Positions 45,701 to 53,010 of a DNA stretch of 64,000 nucleotides are shown in pieces. The number at the start of each line of letters is the position of its first letter. The first letter of the stretch is position 1. The position numbers and the translations under genes are program-made. The notes under the pieces were generated by a model, which worked only from the letters and a program-made list of their open reading frames with translations, was not told the DNA's origin and did not search any database. This DNA comes from Trypanosoma brucei (taxonomy: Eukaryota), in NCBI GenBank assembly GCA_000002445.1, contig AE017150.2, positions 704,001-768,000 of the forward strand, in the 5' to 3' direction.

Positions 45701-48700
45701 CTAAAGCAGATGCCAATTGTGTACCAAGATCCGTATCAGCATTCCTTACAGCAACATCAGACACAAGAGCAGCTCGTGCATTGCCATCCTTGTCAGACTG
45801 TGAGGTGCGTACACGAACTCCAGCGGCATTCAACTTATTCGTTAGCTGTATGATCTCTTCTTCTGCTTCACGAAGACGTTGTTGCGTGTGTTGCAATTCT
45901 GTTGTGAAAGCTGCCACAGTTTGTTCAGGTGTTGTACCGTAACTCTCCAAACGGGAAACAGTTTCCTCAAGTTGCGTAAGTTTTGTCACATGTAGCTCAC
46001 GTTCTGCAGACATTTTCTTCGTGGTTGAGTGCGCTGTACGGAGTTCCTCCTCAAGTGTAGAAACACGTTCCTCCATCTCAGTTGCCTTTTCTAAAGCAGC
46101 TTCCCGTTCCTCAGCAAGTCGCTCAAGTGCTACTAAAGCAGATGCCAATTGTGTACCAAGATCCGTATCAGCATTCCTTACAGCAACATCAGACACAAGA
46201 GCAGCTCGTGCATTGCCATCCTTGTCAGACTGTGAGGTGCGTACACGAACTCCAGCGGCATTCAACTTATTCGTTAGCTGTATGATCTCTTCCTCTGCTT
46301 CACGAAGACGTTGTTGCGTGTGTTGCAATTCTGTTGTGAAAGCTGCCACAGTTTGTTCAGGTGTTGTACCGTAACTCTCCAAACGGGAAACAGTTTCCTC
46401 AAGTTGCGTAAGTTTTGTCACATGTAGCTCACGTTCTGCAGACATTTTCTTCGTGGTTGAGTGCGCTGTACGGAGTTCCTCCTCAAGTGTAGAAACACGG
46501 TCCTCCATCTCAGTTGCCTTTTCTAAAGCAGCTTCCCGTTCCTCAGCAAGTCGCTCAAGTGCTACTAAAGCAGATGCCAATTGTGTACCAAGATCCGTAT
46601 CAGCATTCCTTACAGCAACATCAGACACAAGAGCAGCTCGTGCATTGCCATCCTTGTCAGACTGTGAGGTGCGTACACGAACTCCAGCGGCATTCAACTT
46701 ATTCGTTAGCTGTATGATCTCTTCCTCTGCTTCACGAAGACGTTGTTGCGTGTGTTGCAATTCTGTTGTGAAAGCTGCCACAGTTTGTTCAGGTGTTGTA
46801 CCGTAACTCTCCAAACGGGAAACAGTTTCCTTAAGTTGCGTAAGTTTTGTCACATGTAGCTCACGTTCTGCAGACATTTTCTTCGTGGTTGAGTGCGCTG
46901 TACGGAGTTCCTCCTCAAGTGTAGAAACACGTTCCTCCATCTCAGTTGCCTTTTCTAAAGCAGCTTCCCGTTCCTCAGCAAGTCGCTCAAGTGCTACTAA
47001 AGCAGATGCCAATTGTGTACCAAGATCCGTATCAGCATTCCTTACAGCAACATCAGACACAAGAGCAGCTCGTGCATTGCCATCCTTGTCAGACTGTGAG
47101 GTGCGTACACGAACTCCAGCGGCATTCAACTTATTCGTTAGCTGTATGATCTCTTCCTCTGCTTCACGAAGACGTTGTTGCGTGTGTTGCAATTCTGTTG
47201 TGAAAGCTGCCACAGTTTGTTCAGGTGTTGTACCGTAACTCTCCAAACGGGAAACAGTTTCCTCAAGTTGCGTAAGTTTTGTCACATGTAGCTCACGTTC
47301 TGCAGACATTTTCTTCGTGGTTGAGTGCGCTGTACGGAGTTCCTCCTCAAGTGTAGAAACACGTTCCTCCATCTCAGTTGCCTTTTCTAAAGCAGCTTCC
47401 CGTTCCTCAGCAAGTCGCTCAAGTGCTACTAAAGCAGATGCCAATTGTGTACCAAGATCCGTATCAGCATTCCTTACAGCAACATCAGACACAAGAGCAG
47501 CTCGTGCATTGCCATCCTTGTCAGACTGTGAGGTGCGTACACGAACTCCAGCGGCATTCAACTTATTCGTTAGCTGTATGATCTCTTGCTCTGCTTCACG
47601 AAGACGTTGTTGCGTGTGTTGCAATTCTGTTGTGAAAGCTGCCACAGTTTGTTCAGGTGTTGTACCGTAACTCTCCAAACGGGAAACAGTTTCCTCAAGT
47701 TGCGTAAGTTTTGTCACATGTAGCTCACGTTCTGCAGACATTTTCTTCGTGGTTGAGTGCGCTGTACGGAGTTCCTCCTCAAGTGTAGAAACACGTTCCT
47801 CCATCTCAGTTGCCTTTTCTAAAGCAGCTTCCCGTTCCTCAGCAAGTCGCTCAAGTGCTACTAAAGCAGATGCCAATTGTGTACCAAGATCCGTATCAGC
47901 ATTCCTTACAGCAACATCAGACACAAGAGCAGCTCGTGCATTGCCATCCTTGTCAGACTGTGAGGTGCGTACACGAACTCCAGCGGCATTCAACTTATTC
48001 GTTAGCTGTATGATCTCTTCCTCTGCTTCACGAAGACGTTGTTGCGTGTGTTGCAATTCTGTTGTGAAAGCTGCCACAGTTTGTTCAGGTGTTGTACCGT
48101 AACTCTCCAAACGGGAAACAGTTTCCTCAAGTTGCGTAAGTTTTGTCACATGTAGCTCACGTTCTGCAGACATTTTCTTCGTGGTTGAGTGCGCTGTACG
48201 GAGTTCCTCCTCAAGTGTAGAAACACGTTCCTCCATCTCAGTTGCCTTTTCTAAAGCAGCTTCCCGTTCCTCAGCAAGTCGCTCAAGTGCTACTAAAGCA
48301 GATGCCAATTGTGTACCAAGATCCGTATCAGCATTCCTTACAGCAACATCAGACACAAGAGCAGCTCGTGCATTGCCATCCTTGTCAGACTGTGAGGTGC
48401 GTACACGAACTCCAGCGGCATTCAACTTATTCGTTAGCTGTATGATCTCTTCCTCTGCTTCACGAAGACGTTGTTGCGTGTGTTGCAATTCTGTTGTGAA
48501 AGCTGCCACAGTTTGTTCAGGTGTTGTACCGTAACTCTCCAAACGGGAAACAGTTTCCTCAAGTTGCGTAAGTTTTGTCACATGTAGCTCACGTTCTGCA
48601 GACATTTTCTTCGTGGTTGAGTGCGCTGTACGGAGTTCCTCCTCAAGTGTAGAAACACGTTCCTCCATTTCAGTTGCTCTTGCTAGTGTAGCATCGTGCT

Positions 48701-50711
48701 GTTCTGCTAGCTGTGTTAGGGCTGCCAAGGCGGAGGATAACTGTGTTTTCAATCCGGCATTATATGTTCTCAGTGATCCTTCTGTATCATTTGGTGTTAA
48801 ACTTCCACTTCTTGTTGTACTTGTTGAGCGGCCCCGAGCTCCAGCCGCATTCAGCTTATTCGTTAGTTGCACGTTCTCTTCCCCTGCCTCGCGAAGGCAC
48901 TTCTGTGTGTGCTGCAGTTCCGTTTTCAGTGCTTCTATGACTTCTGTTAAACCTTCTTCTGTCATCTTGTGCTTGATTATGGCTTGTTCGTACTCGTCAT
49001 TTTGAGCTGACGACAATTCCTTGTTATTCCCTGTGGCATTGTGACCGCTATCGGCTTTTTGTGGTTGGTTTAGTTTCTCATGTTGCACATTTGCAGTAAT
49101 ATATTGCGAATCATTTCCTGACCTTGATGGCATCTGTGTCTCTCTTGTCACTAACTCTATTGATTCCTCTTTATTCCCGCCTTGTGGAATGTTCTTTTCA
49201 CCGCTTATGGAGCCTGATATTTGTATTTTTTCTCTGAGTTGATGATGAAAGTTGTTGATCACATAGCTATCTTCGGTGATCCTTTCTTGAGCAGTCTGCA
49301 GTTGGTTTTGTGTGTGGGAAAGGCTTTTCGTTAGTTCTGCAGCGTGTTCTCTCGATTTCTGAAGGGCGGCCTCTAGTTGCTGCTGAAGATTTTGGAGGTT
49401 AAATATTTCTTCGCTCGCTTTTTGGAGCAGGATGTCCTTCGCTTCTCCTTCCCTACGGAGCAAGAAGAACTGCTGTTGAAGTGTGTGCTGTTGTAGTTCC
49501 AGCATTCTGTACACTTCATCATCGTTGTTTGTATTTGTGTCTGTTTTGTTCTCGTCTGTTGTCTCCATTTGTGTGTCAGGTGCCCCACGTTGTACTGCTT
49601 GCTCAGTTTTGCGCTGTAGTAGTTGTGAAGTAAGATCCTCAATCGTCCTGTGCTGTTCGTCACACATTTCCTGCAATTGTTCCTTTTGCTCCTGCAGTGC
49701 GGTGTTTTGTTGGTGAAGGTTGTTTCGCGCTTGTATTGCTTCCCTAAGGCTTTCTTCGTAGTCTTCACGTTCTTTTCGAAGAAGCTGCTGTAGATCCGTT
49801 ATCTCTGTACGTGTCACCTGTAACAGGTACCTTGATTGCGCCAATTCCTCTTCATGACTCGTGTTTTCACTTTTCCCCATTTCTGCAGCGACAGCGTGGT
49901 GCCTAATACACTCACGTTCCCTTTCAAGCTCTTTAGTTAGCTCCAGAAGTTCTTCCTCAAGTTTTTTGTTCTTCTCTTCAAGCGCACTTATCTCTTGACG
50001 GCCAACATGTCGTTCACCTCCAGATGGGACATATTTGCCTTGTGAATTTACGGACACTAGCTTATCCCTAAGCTGTCGCACCTCCCCTTCCGATTCGTCA
50101 AGTTTTTGACGCAGTTCTTCGTTTTCTCGCTTGCAGCGGTATATTACGTCGTTGCATGCACTATGCTCGCGCAAAAGGCAATCAAAACGATGATTTTTGT
50201 CCTGCAACTCACGATGGAGGCGTGCAGCCTCATTTTTGTAGTCATCACGCAACTGATACGCACGGCTAAGGGTATTATGCACATGAGTCATATCTCCCTC
50301 CAAGCGATTTGTGTACTCCATGCGCTCCTCCTCTGACATGTCCGCCAAGCCCCGACGCCCAGCGAAGATGGTGGGGTGCATTCCCATAGGAGCAGTTTGT
50401 TTGGAGCTGAGAAGCGGCATTATGCTGGGTTCCTCACGTGACATGCCGACGAGTGCAGAATTAGTCAGCAACCCCGTAGGAGATGGTAAAGGATTGTTGA
50501 GACGAGGTATGGAATCCGTTGCGGCCAATCCTCGCACATTAATTGGTGCCGCCAGCCGCGGTGTGAGCAGCGGCGGTGTCTCATGTGTCAAACCTCCTTG
50601 GATGCTGCTGGCGCTTCGGTTGCTTCTCACATGCCCAATATTTTCGGGTGGTGGAGTCCACGTTCGTGTGAAGAAACCGGGGTACCGCCGTGCGTCCCCA
50701 GCAGAAAACAT
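39768..50711 (-). CDS. NUP-1: Giant coiled-coil protein of 3647 aa with about 17 tandem 144-aa repeats. It is consistent with the kinetoplastid lamin-like nucleoskeletal protein NUP-1.
   Basis: ATG confirmed at 50711. Heptad-rich E/L/R/K/Q composition runs throughout. A central array of near-identical 432-bp units encodes ...EERVSTLEEELRTAHSTTKKMSAERELHVTKLTQLEETVSRLESYGTTPEQTVAAFTTELQHTQQRLREAEEEIIQLTNKLNAAGVRVRTSQSDKDGNARAALVSDVAVRNADTDLGTQLASALVALERLAEEREAALEKATEM.... The size, the 144-aa period and the copy number match what I recall of the published description of T. brucei NUP-1. Confidence 0.75.
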   Translation of the reverse strand: MFSAGDARRYPGFFTRTWTPPPENIGHVRSNRSASSIQGGLTHETPPLLTPRLAAPINVRGLAATDSIPRLNNPLPSPTGLLTNSALVGMSREEPSIMPLLSSKQTAPMGMHPTIFAGRRGLADMSEEERMEYTNRLEGDMTHVHNTLSRAYQLRDDYKNEAARLHRELQDKNHRFDCLLREHSACNDVIYRCKRENEELRQKLDESEGEVRQLRDKLVSVNSQGKYVPSGGERHVGRQEISALEEKNKKLEEELLELTKELERERECIRHHAVAAEMGKSENTSHEEELAQSRYLLQVTRTEITDLQQLLRKEREDYEESLREAIQARNNLHQQNTALQEQKEQLQEMCDEQHRTIEDLTSQLLQRKTEQAVQRGAPDTQMETTDENKTDTNTNNDDEVYRMLELQQHTLQQQFFLLRREGEAKDILLQKASEEIFNLQNLQQQLEAALQKSREHAAELTKSLSHTQNQLQTAQERITEDSYVINNFHHQLREKIQISGSISGEKNIPQGGNKEESIELVTRETQMPSRSGNDSQYITANVQHEKLNQPQKADSGHNATGNNKELSSAQNDEYEQAIIKHKMTEEGLTEVIEALKTELQHTQKCLREAGEENVQLTNKLNAAGARGRSTSTTRSGSLTPNDTEGSLRTYNAGLKTQLSSALAALTQLAEQHDATLARATEMEERVSTLEEELRTAHSTTKKMSAERELHVTKLTQLEETVSRLESYGTTPEQTVAAFTTELQHTQQRLREAEEEIIQLTNKLNAAGVRVRTSQSDKDGNARAALVSDVAVRNADTDLGTQLASALVALERLAEEREAALEKATEMEERVSTLEEELRTAHSTTKKMSAERELHVTKLTQLEETVSRLESYGTTPEQTVAAFTTELQHTQQRLREAEEEIIQLTNKLNAAGVRVRTSQSDKDGNARAALVSDVAVRNADTDLGTQLASALVALERLAEEREAALEKATEMEERVSTLEEELRTAHSTTKKMSAERELHVTKLTQLEETVSRLESYGTTPEQTVAAFTTELQHTQQRLREAEQEIIQLTNKLNAAGVRVRTSQSDKDGNARAALVSDVAVRNADTDLGTQLASALVALERLAEEREAALEKATEMEERVSTLEEELRTAHSTTKKMSAERELHVTKLTQLEETVSRLESYGTTPEQTVAAFTTELQHTQQRLREAEEEIIQLTNKLNAAGVRVRTSQSDKDGNARAALVSDVAVRNADTDLGTQLASALVALERLAEEREAALEKATEMEERVSTLEEELRTAHSTTKKMSAERELHVTKLTQLKETVSRLESYGTTPEQTVAAFTTELQHTQQRLREAEEEIIQLTNKLNAAGVRVRTSQSDKDGNARAALVSDVAVRNADTDLGTQLASALVALERLAEEREAALEKATEMEDRVSTLEEELRTAHSTTKKMSAERELHVTKLTQLEETVSRLESYGTTPEQTVAAFTTELQHTQQRLREAEEEIIQLTNKLNAAGVRVRTSQSDKDGNARAALVSDVAVRNADTDLGTQLASALVALERLAEEREAALEKATEMEERVSTLEEELRTAHSTTKKMSAERELHVTKLTQLEETVSRLESYGTTPEQTVAAFTTELQHTQQRLREAEEEIIQLTNKLNAAGVRVRTSQSDKDGNARAALVSDVAVRNADTDLGTQLASALVALERLAEEREAALEKATEMEERVSTLEEELRTAHSTTKKMSAERELHVTKLTQLEETVSRLESYGTTPEQTVAAFTTELQHTQQRLREAEEEIIQLTNKLNAAGVRVRTSQSDKDGNARAALVSDVAVRNADTDLGTQLASALVALERLAEEREAALEKATEMEERVSTLEEELRTAHSTTKKMSAERELHVTKLTQLEETVSRLESYGTTPEQTVAAFTTELQHTQQRLREAEEEIIQLTNKLNAAGVRVRTSQSDKDGNARAALVSDVAVRNADTDLGTQLASALVALERLAEEREAALEKATEMEERVSTLEEELRTAHSTTKKMSAERELHVTKLTQLEETVSRLESYGTTPEQTVAAFTTELQHTQQRLREAEEEIIQLTNKLNAAGVRVRTSQSDKDGNARAALVSDVAVRNADTDLGTQLASALVALERLAEEREAALEKATEMEERVSTLEEELRTAHSTTKKMSAERELHVTKLTQLEETVSRLESYGTTPEQTVAAFTTELQHTQQRLREAEEEIIQLTNKLNAAGVRVRTSQSDKDGNARAALVSDVAVRNADTDLGTQLASALVALERLAEEREAALEKATEMEERVSTLEEELRTAHSTTKKMSAERELHVTKLTQLEETVSRLESYGTTPEQTVAAFTTELQHTQQRLREAEEEIIQLTNKLNAAGVRVRTSQSDKDGNARAALVSDVAVRNADTDLGTQLASALVALERLAEEREAALEKATEMEERVSTLEEELRTAHSTTKKMSAERELHVTKLTQLEETVSRLESYGTTPEQTVAAFTTELQHTQQRLREAEEEIIQLTNKLNAAGVRVRTSQSDKDGNARAALVSDVAVRNADTDLGTQLASALVALERLAEEREAALEKATEMEERVSTLEEELRTAHSTTKKMSAERELHVTKLTQLEETVSRLESYGTTPEQTVAAFTTELQHTQQRLREAEEEIIQLTNKLNAAGVRVRTSQSDKDGNARAALVSDVAVRNADTDLGTQLASALVALERLAEEREAALEKATEMEERVSTLEEELRTAHSTTKKMSAERELHVTKLTQLEETVSRLESYGTTPEQTVAAFTTELQHTQQRLREAEEEIIQLTNKLNAAGVRVRTSQSDKDGNARAALVSDVAVRNADTDLGTQLASALVALERLAEEREAALEKATEMEERVSTLEEELRTAHSTTKKMSAERELHVTKLTQLEETVSRLESYGTTPEQTVAAFTTELQHTQQRLREAEEEIIQLTNKLNAAGVRVRTSQSDKDGNARAALVSDVAVRNADTDLGTQLASALVALERLAEEREAALEKATEMEERVSTLEEELRTAHSTTKKMSAERELHVTKLTQLEETVSRLESYGTTPEQTVAAFTTELQHTQQRLREAEEEIIQLTNKLNAAGVRVRTSQSDKDGNARAALVSDVAVRNADTDLGTQLASALVALERLAEEREAALEKATEMEERVSTLEEELRTAKEKLERSVEEISFLKDEVLVSNRLLVDSVSSLNGKVGDSDGAVGADVERLSRVVDELHAQVSATKRGFEEFYDRRSEGCVTELIVARRSVDRSNDARRRLEERNVRLEQDLERKCLEVVKLQKECQRLEQFVRAKDVRGAHSVLGVDGSVDVSSVGAEPVDLEAVDLAQFLQISSLHADLMLCRKTCRQLESNQEELLLSLEQNSSQSNAYLEDLDEIRQQLVEMRQQREELIAERRTLTERVDELGRERGEEVSRLKQQNNSLSAQLQASRNKLSALEASKREGELAARQQAEELAKAFSLMEAQVQTLREEVASTSGSPKRQSGSSRQKAVVEGDEARIRMSQARVTFLEKALQRKDEEVQRLQDELVQKDEQLDQYEQDAAKAAQDAENASRKTLQLESAVQKLQGDKKGLEDELRYAKTRVVTYGGRVSSEVAQHSSPPEQQIRGSPVLGAGRTTRERVSLSVESSHHSRITEQTQRQVRQVMDIRSTRKRSRSANAVS
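41270..49000 (-). repeat. 432-bp tandem repeat array. About 17 near-identical copies span 41270-48700, and one diverged copy lies at about 48700-49000.
   Basis: Identical antisense ORFs recur at 41701 + n x 432 in the ORF track. The copies differ only at a few SNP positions, such as gatcCgtatc versus gatcTgtatc and ttcTtctgc versus ttcCtctgc. Confidence 0.95.
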
Positions 50712-50847
50712 TTAGTTGACCACTTCTTAATGTGATCCTGACTCCTGCTGTCGCTGTGGCTATTTCAACGCTTCTCCTTATTGTTGTCTGTTTGTGTATT
50801 TGTATGTGCTAACCCTTTCGATTTCCTTCGTCAAAATGAACGAATAA

Positions 50848-50890
50848 ATGAGAAAAAAAGGATAAAAGAGAAGAAAAAAGGAAAAGACTA
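50848..50890 (-). promoter_or_regulatory. Polypyrimidine tract on the coding strand about 140-180 nt upstream of the NUP-1 ATG. It is a candidate trans-splice acceptor signal.
   Basis: The + strand atgagaaaaaaaggataaaagagaagaaaaaaggaaaagac is a long C/T run on the minus strand. Confidence 0.5.
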
Positions 50891-51906
50891 GTTGAAGTTT
50901 TCTCTCCCCCTTGTCTGCCTATATATATATATATATTTAAAACTTTGACGATTAAGTCAATATTCCAAATTAGTGTGGAGTCCTCACCGGCATCAGGCAT
51001 TCCACTATGCTTCAGCCCATCCTCACGAACTATTCATCATTTTTTTTTGTTACTTTGATCTTCCTCCTGCCATTTATGAAGTATTAATCCACACAGGGTG
51101 CTGTGAAGTCTGGCCGTTACATTTACTACATGATAATATAGCGAAACGAAGGGTGGCGAGATTTTTTGAACAAATGAGAATATCGCCTAGAGGTTTCGAA
51201 ACCGAACATTGTAAAGGTCGAAGGATTCGGTCCATTGGTTCGTATCTGTGAGACAAAGTTTGGTGATGGAACCGGAAAAAAAAATACAAAGTAGAAGGAT
51301 GAAAAACACTCCCTCACATACGGCTACAAAAATATGCTTGTATGCGTAAAAATAAATAAATACCAGAACTCTTCGGAGTATGTGGCATCCATTTTTAAGC
51401 GCATCATTCAACTGGGCACTATTATTACGATTCCGCTCAACTCACCACATCGCCGGTTAGCCGATCAGCGTTGTTTTGTGAGAGTTCGTAGGCGCATATA
51501 CATGCGAGTGACCGTAAAAGAAAATAAAACGAGCGATAAAATGAAAAAAAAAAGGAAAAACAATTAAAAAGGAAAGCCCGGTATTTCCTCATCCCACTTT
51601 GTGCAGCACTTTCTCAGTGTAAAGACCAGTCCGGTTGAGACTGTTGTGTAATAACTTAGTGCGGGGAAATACCTTAGTTTTAGTACCCTACCTTACACAC
51701 TGCATGTATCTCAGAAGAAACGAGATCACACACTTCCGCAAAGCCTATAACCCATTTTTCTTCATGTTGGTATCCATCACAAAAAGCACACTCGAGTAAA
51801 CACGCTCACGTACCGCTATGACTCTCAAACGCATAGATACACACGTACAAACCTTCCCCCTTAGTTTCTTTTTCTTTTTTTTTGTGTGTGTGTGCTATTT
51901 CGTCCC

Positions 51907-53010
51907 TTATCGCGAGGCTCCATGCTCAACAATCATAATATCACCATCTTGCATGGTGTATGTGGCATCCACATAGGCCATTTTAAGCTCTGCCGCCTCG
52001 AGATTTGGTTGTTCAATAAATTTATCCCATGCCATTATTTTTGCCCGGTGAAAGTGCTGCTCCATGTCGGAGTGAATTTCGCCACTAGCCTCTTTTGCCG
52101 TCGCTCCTACGCGTGTGGTCCAGCCGTGAGCCATCTGCGGACCAATTGTGAAGAAGGACTGCAGTCGTAGTAGTTTATAGGCCCGGCGCAGTAGCAATTC
52201 GCCATGCGGTGTATCTACTCCATATTCTTTCAAAAAGAGAAGCCGCTCCTCGCGGGAGTTAAGTTGAGATGTTTGCTCTTCCAAAGAAGCGCACACACGA
52301 CACGTCCGTTCAGAGCCAAGCGCACTCTCAACCATATGCGTGTAGCGGTTTCCACTCGCAATAGTCGATTCATCTGTATTAAGAACAAACATCATGGGTT
52401 TGGCGGAGAGAAGATTGTACTGCTGTAAAATCTGACGCTCTTCGTCAGTCTTCAACGACATATCCGCCGCAGGTTTGCCTTCCTGCAACCATGATACGAC
52501 GCGTTGGCAAATCACCAGTGAGGGATCTCCAACCTTTCGTATCTTCGCTTGCTTACTAAGAATTTTTTCCATTGCTTCCAGATCCGCCAGCACCAGCTCA
52601 TTTACAATAGTGCAGACATCTTCCAGTGGCGTTGGTGTACCGAATCCATCTCTAGCGCTCTCAAAGCAACGCACCATATGCAAAAGAATGGTGCATGGCC
52701 GAATATCACTGAGAAACTTATTTCCAAGACCTGCGCCTTTTGACGCCCCCTCAATGAGGCCCGCCACATCCGCGAGGTCGATCTCGACGTCAACAATTTT
52801 ATGCGCCCCGCTAAAGGTTGCCAGCCGGCGCAGCCGATCATCCGCAACAGGGACGCGGGCAAGGTTGGCGTCTATGGTACAAAATGGGAAATTTCCTGTT
52901 TTTGCCTGCTGACTGCAGGTGAGGGCATTAAACAGAGTAGACTTTCCAACATTGGGAAGGCCAATGATTCCAGCACCACGTCGCCGCAGTTGCAATGACG
53001 AAGTGTGCAT
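51907..53010 (-). CDS. Obg-like ATPase of the YchF/OLA1 family (GTP-binding protein).
   Basis: ATG confirmed at 53010. The G1 motif is GIIGLPNVGKSTLFNALT and the G3 motif is DVAGLIEGAS. A YchF-specific 'NLLSAKPMMFVLNTDE' replaces the canonical NKxD. The C-terminal TGS-like region reads EIHSDMEQHFHRAKIMAWDKF. At 367 aa the length is typical of YchF. Confidence 0.8.
   Translation of the reverse strand: MHTSSLQLRRRGAGIIGLPNVGKSTLFNALTCSQQAKTGNFPFCTIDANLARVPVADDRLRRLATFSGAHKIVDVEIDLADVAGLIEGASKGAGLGNKFLSDIRPCTILLHMVRCFESARDGFGTPTPLEDVCTIVNELVLADLEAMEKILSKQAKIRKVGDPSLVICQRVVSWLQEGKPAADMSLKTDEERQILQQYNLLSAKPMMFVLNTDESTIASGNRYTHMVESALGSERTCRVCASLEEQTSQLNSREERLLFLKEYGVDTPHGELLLRRAYKLLRLQSFFTIGPQMAHGWTTRVGATAKEASGEIHSDMEQHFHRAKIMAWDKFIEQPNLEAAELKMAYVDATYTMQDGDIMIVEHGASR

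Noticed and set aside
41330-48940. Seventeen identical 117-aa (+ strand) ORFs and seventeen identical 67-aa (+ strand) ORFs spaced every 432 bp.
   Set aside because: These are antisense reading frames generated by the near-perfect 432-bp repeat inside the minus-strand coiled-coil gene. Their S/R/A/C-rich composition is not protein-like, and their orientation opposes the polycistron.
51160-51260. A 'ggtttcgaaacc' / 'ggattcggtcc' segment reminiscent of a tRNA T-arm (GGTTCGAANCC).
   Set aside because: I could not build an acceptor stem or an anticodon arm, and the region lacks D-loop consensus. It is most likely a chance palindrome in the intergenic region. A tRNAscan-SE run would settle it.
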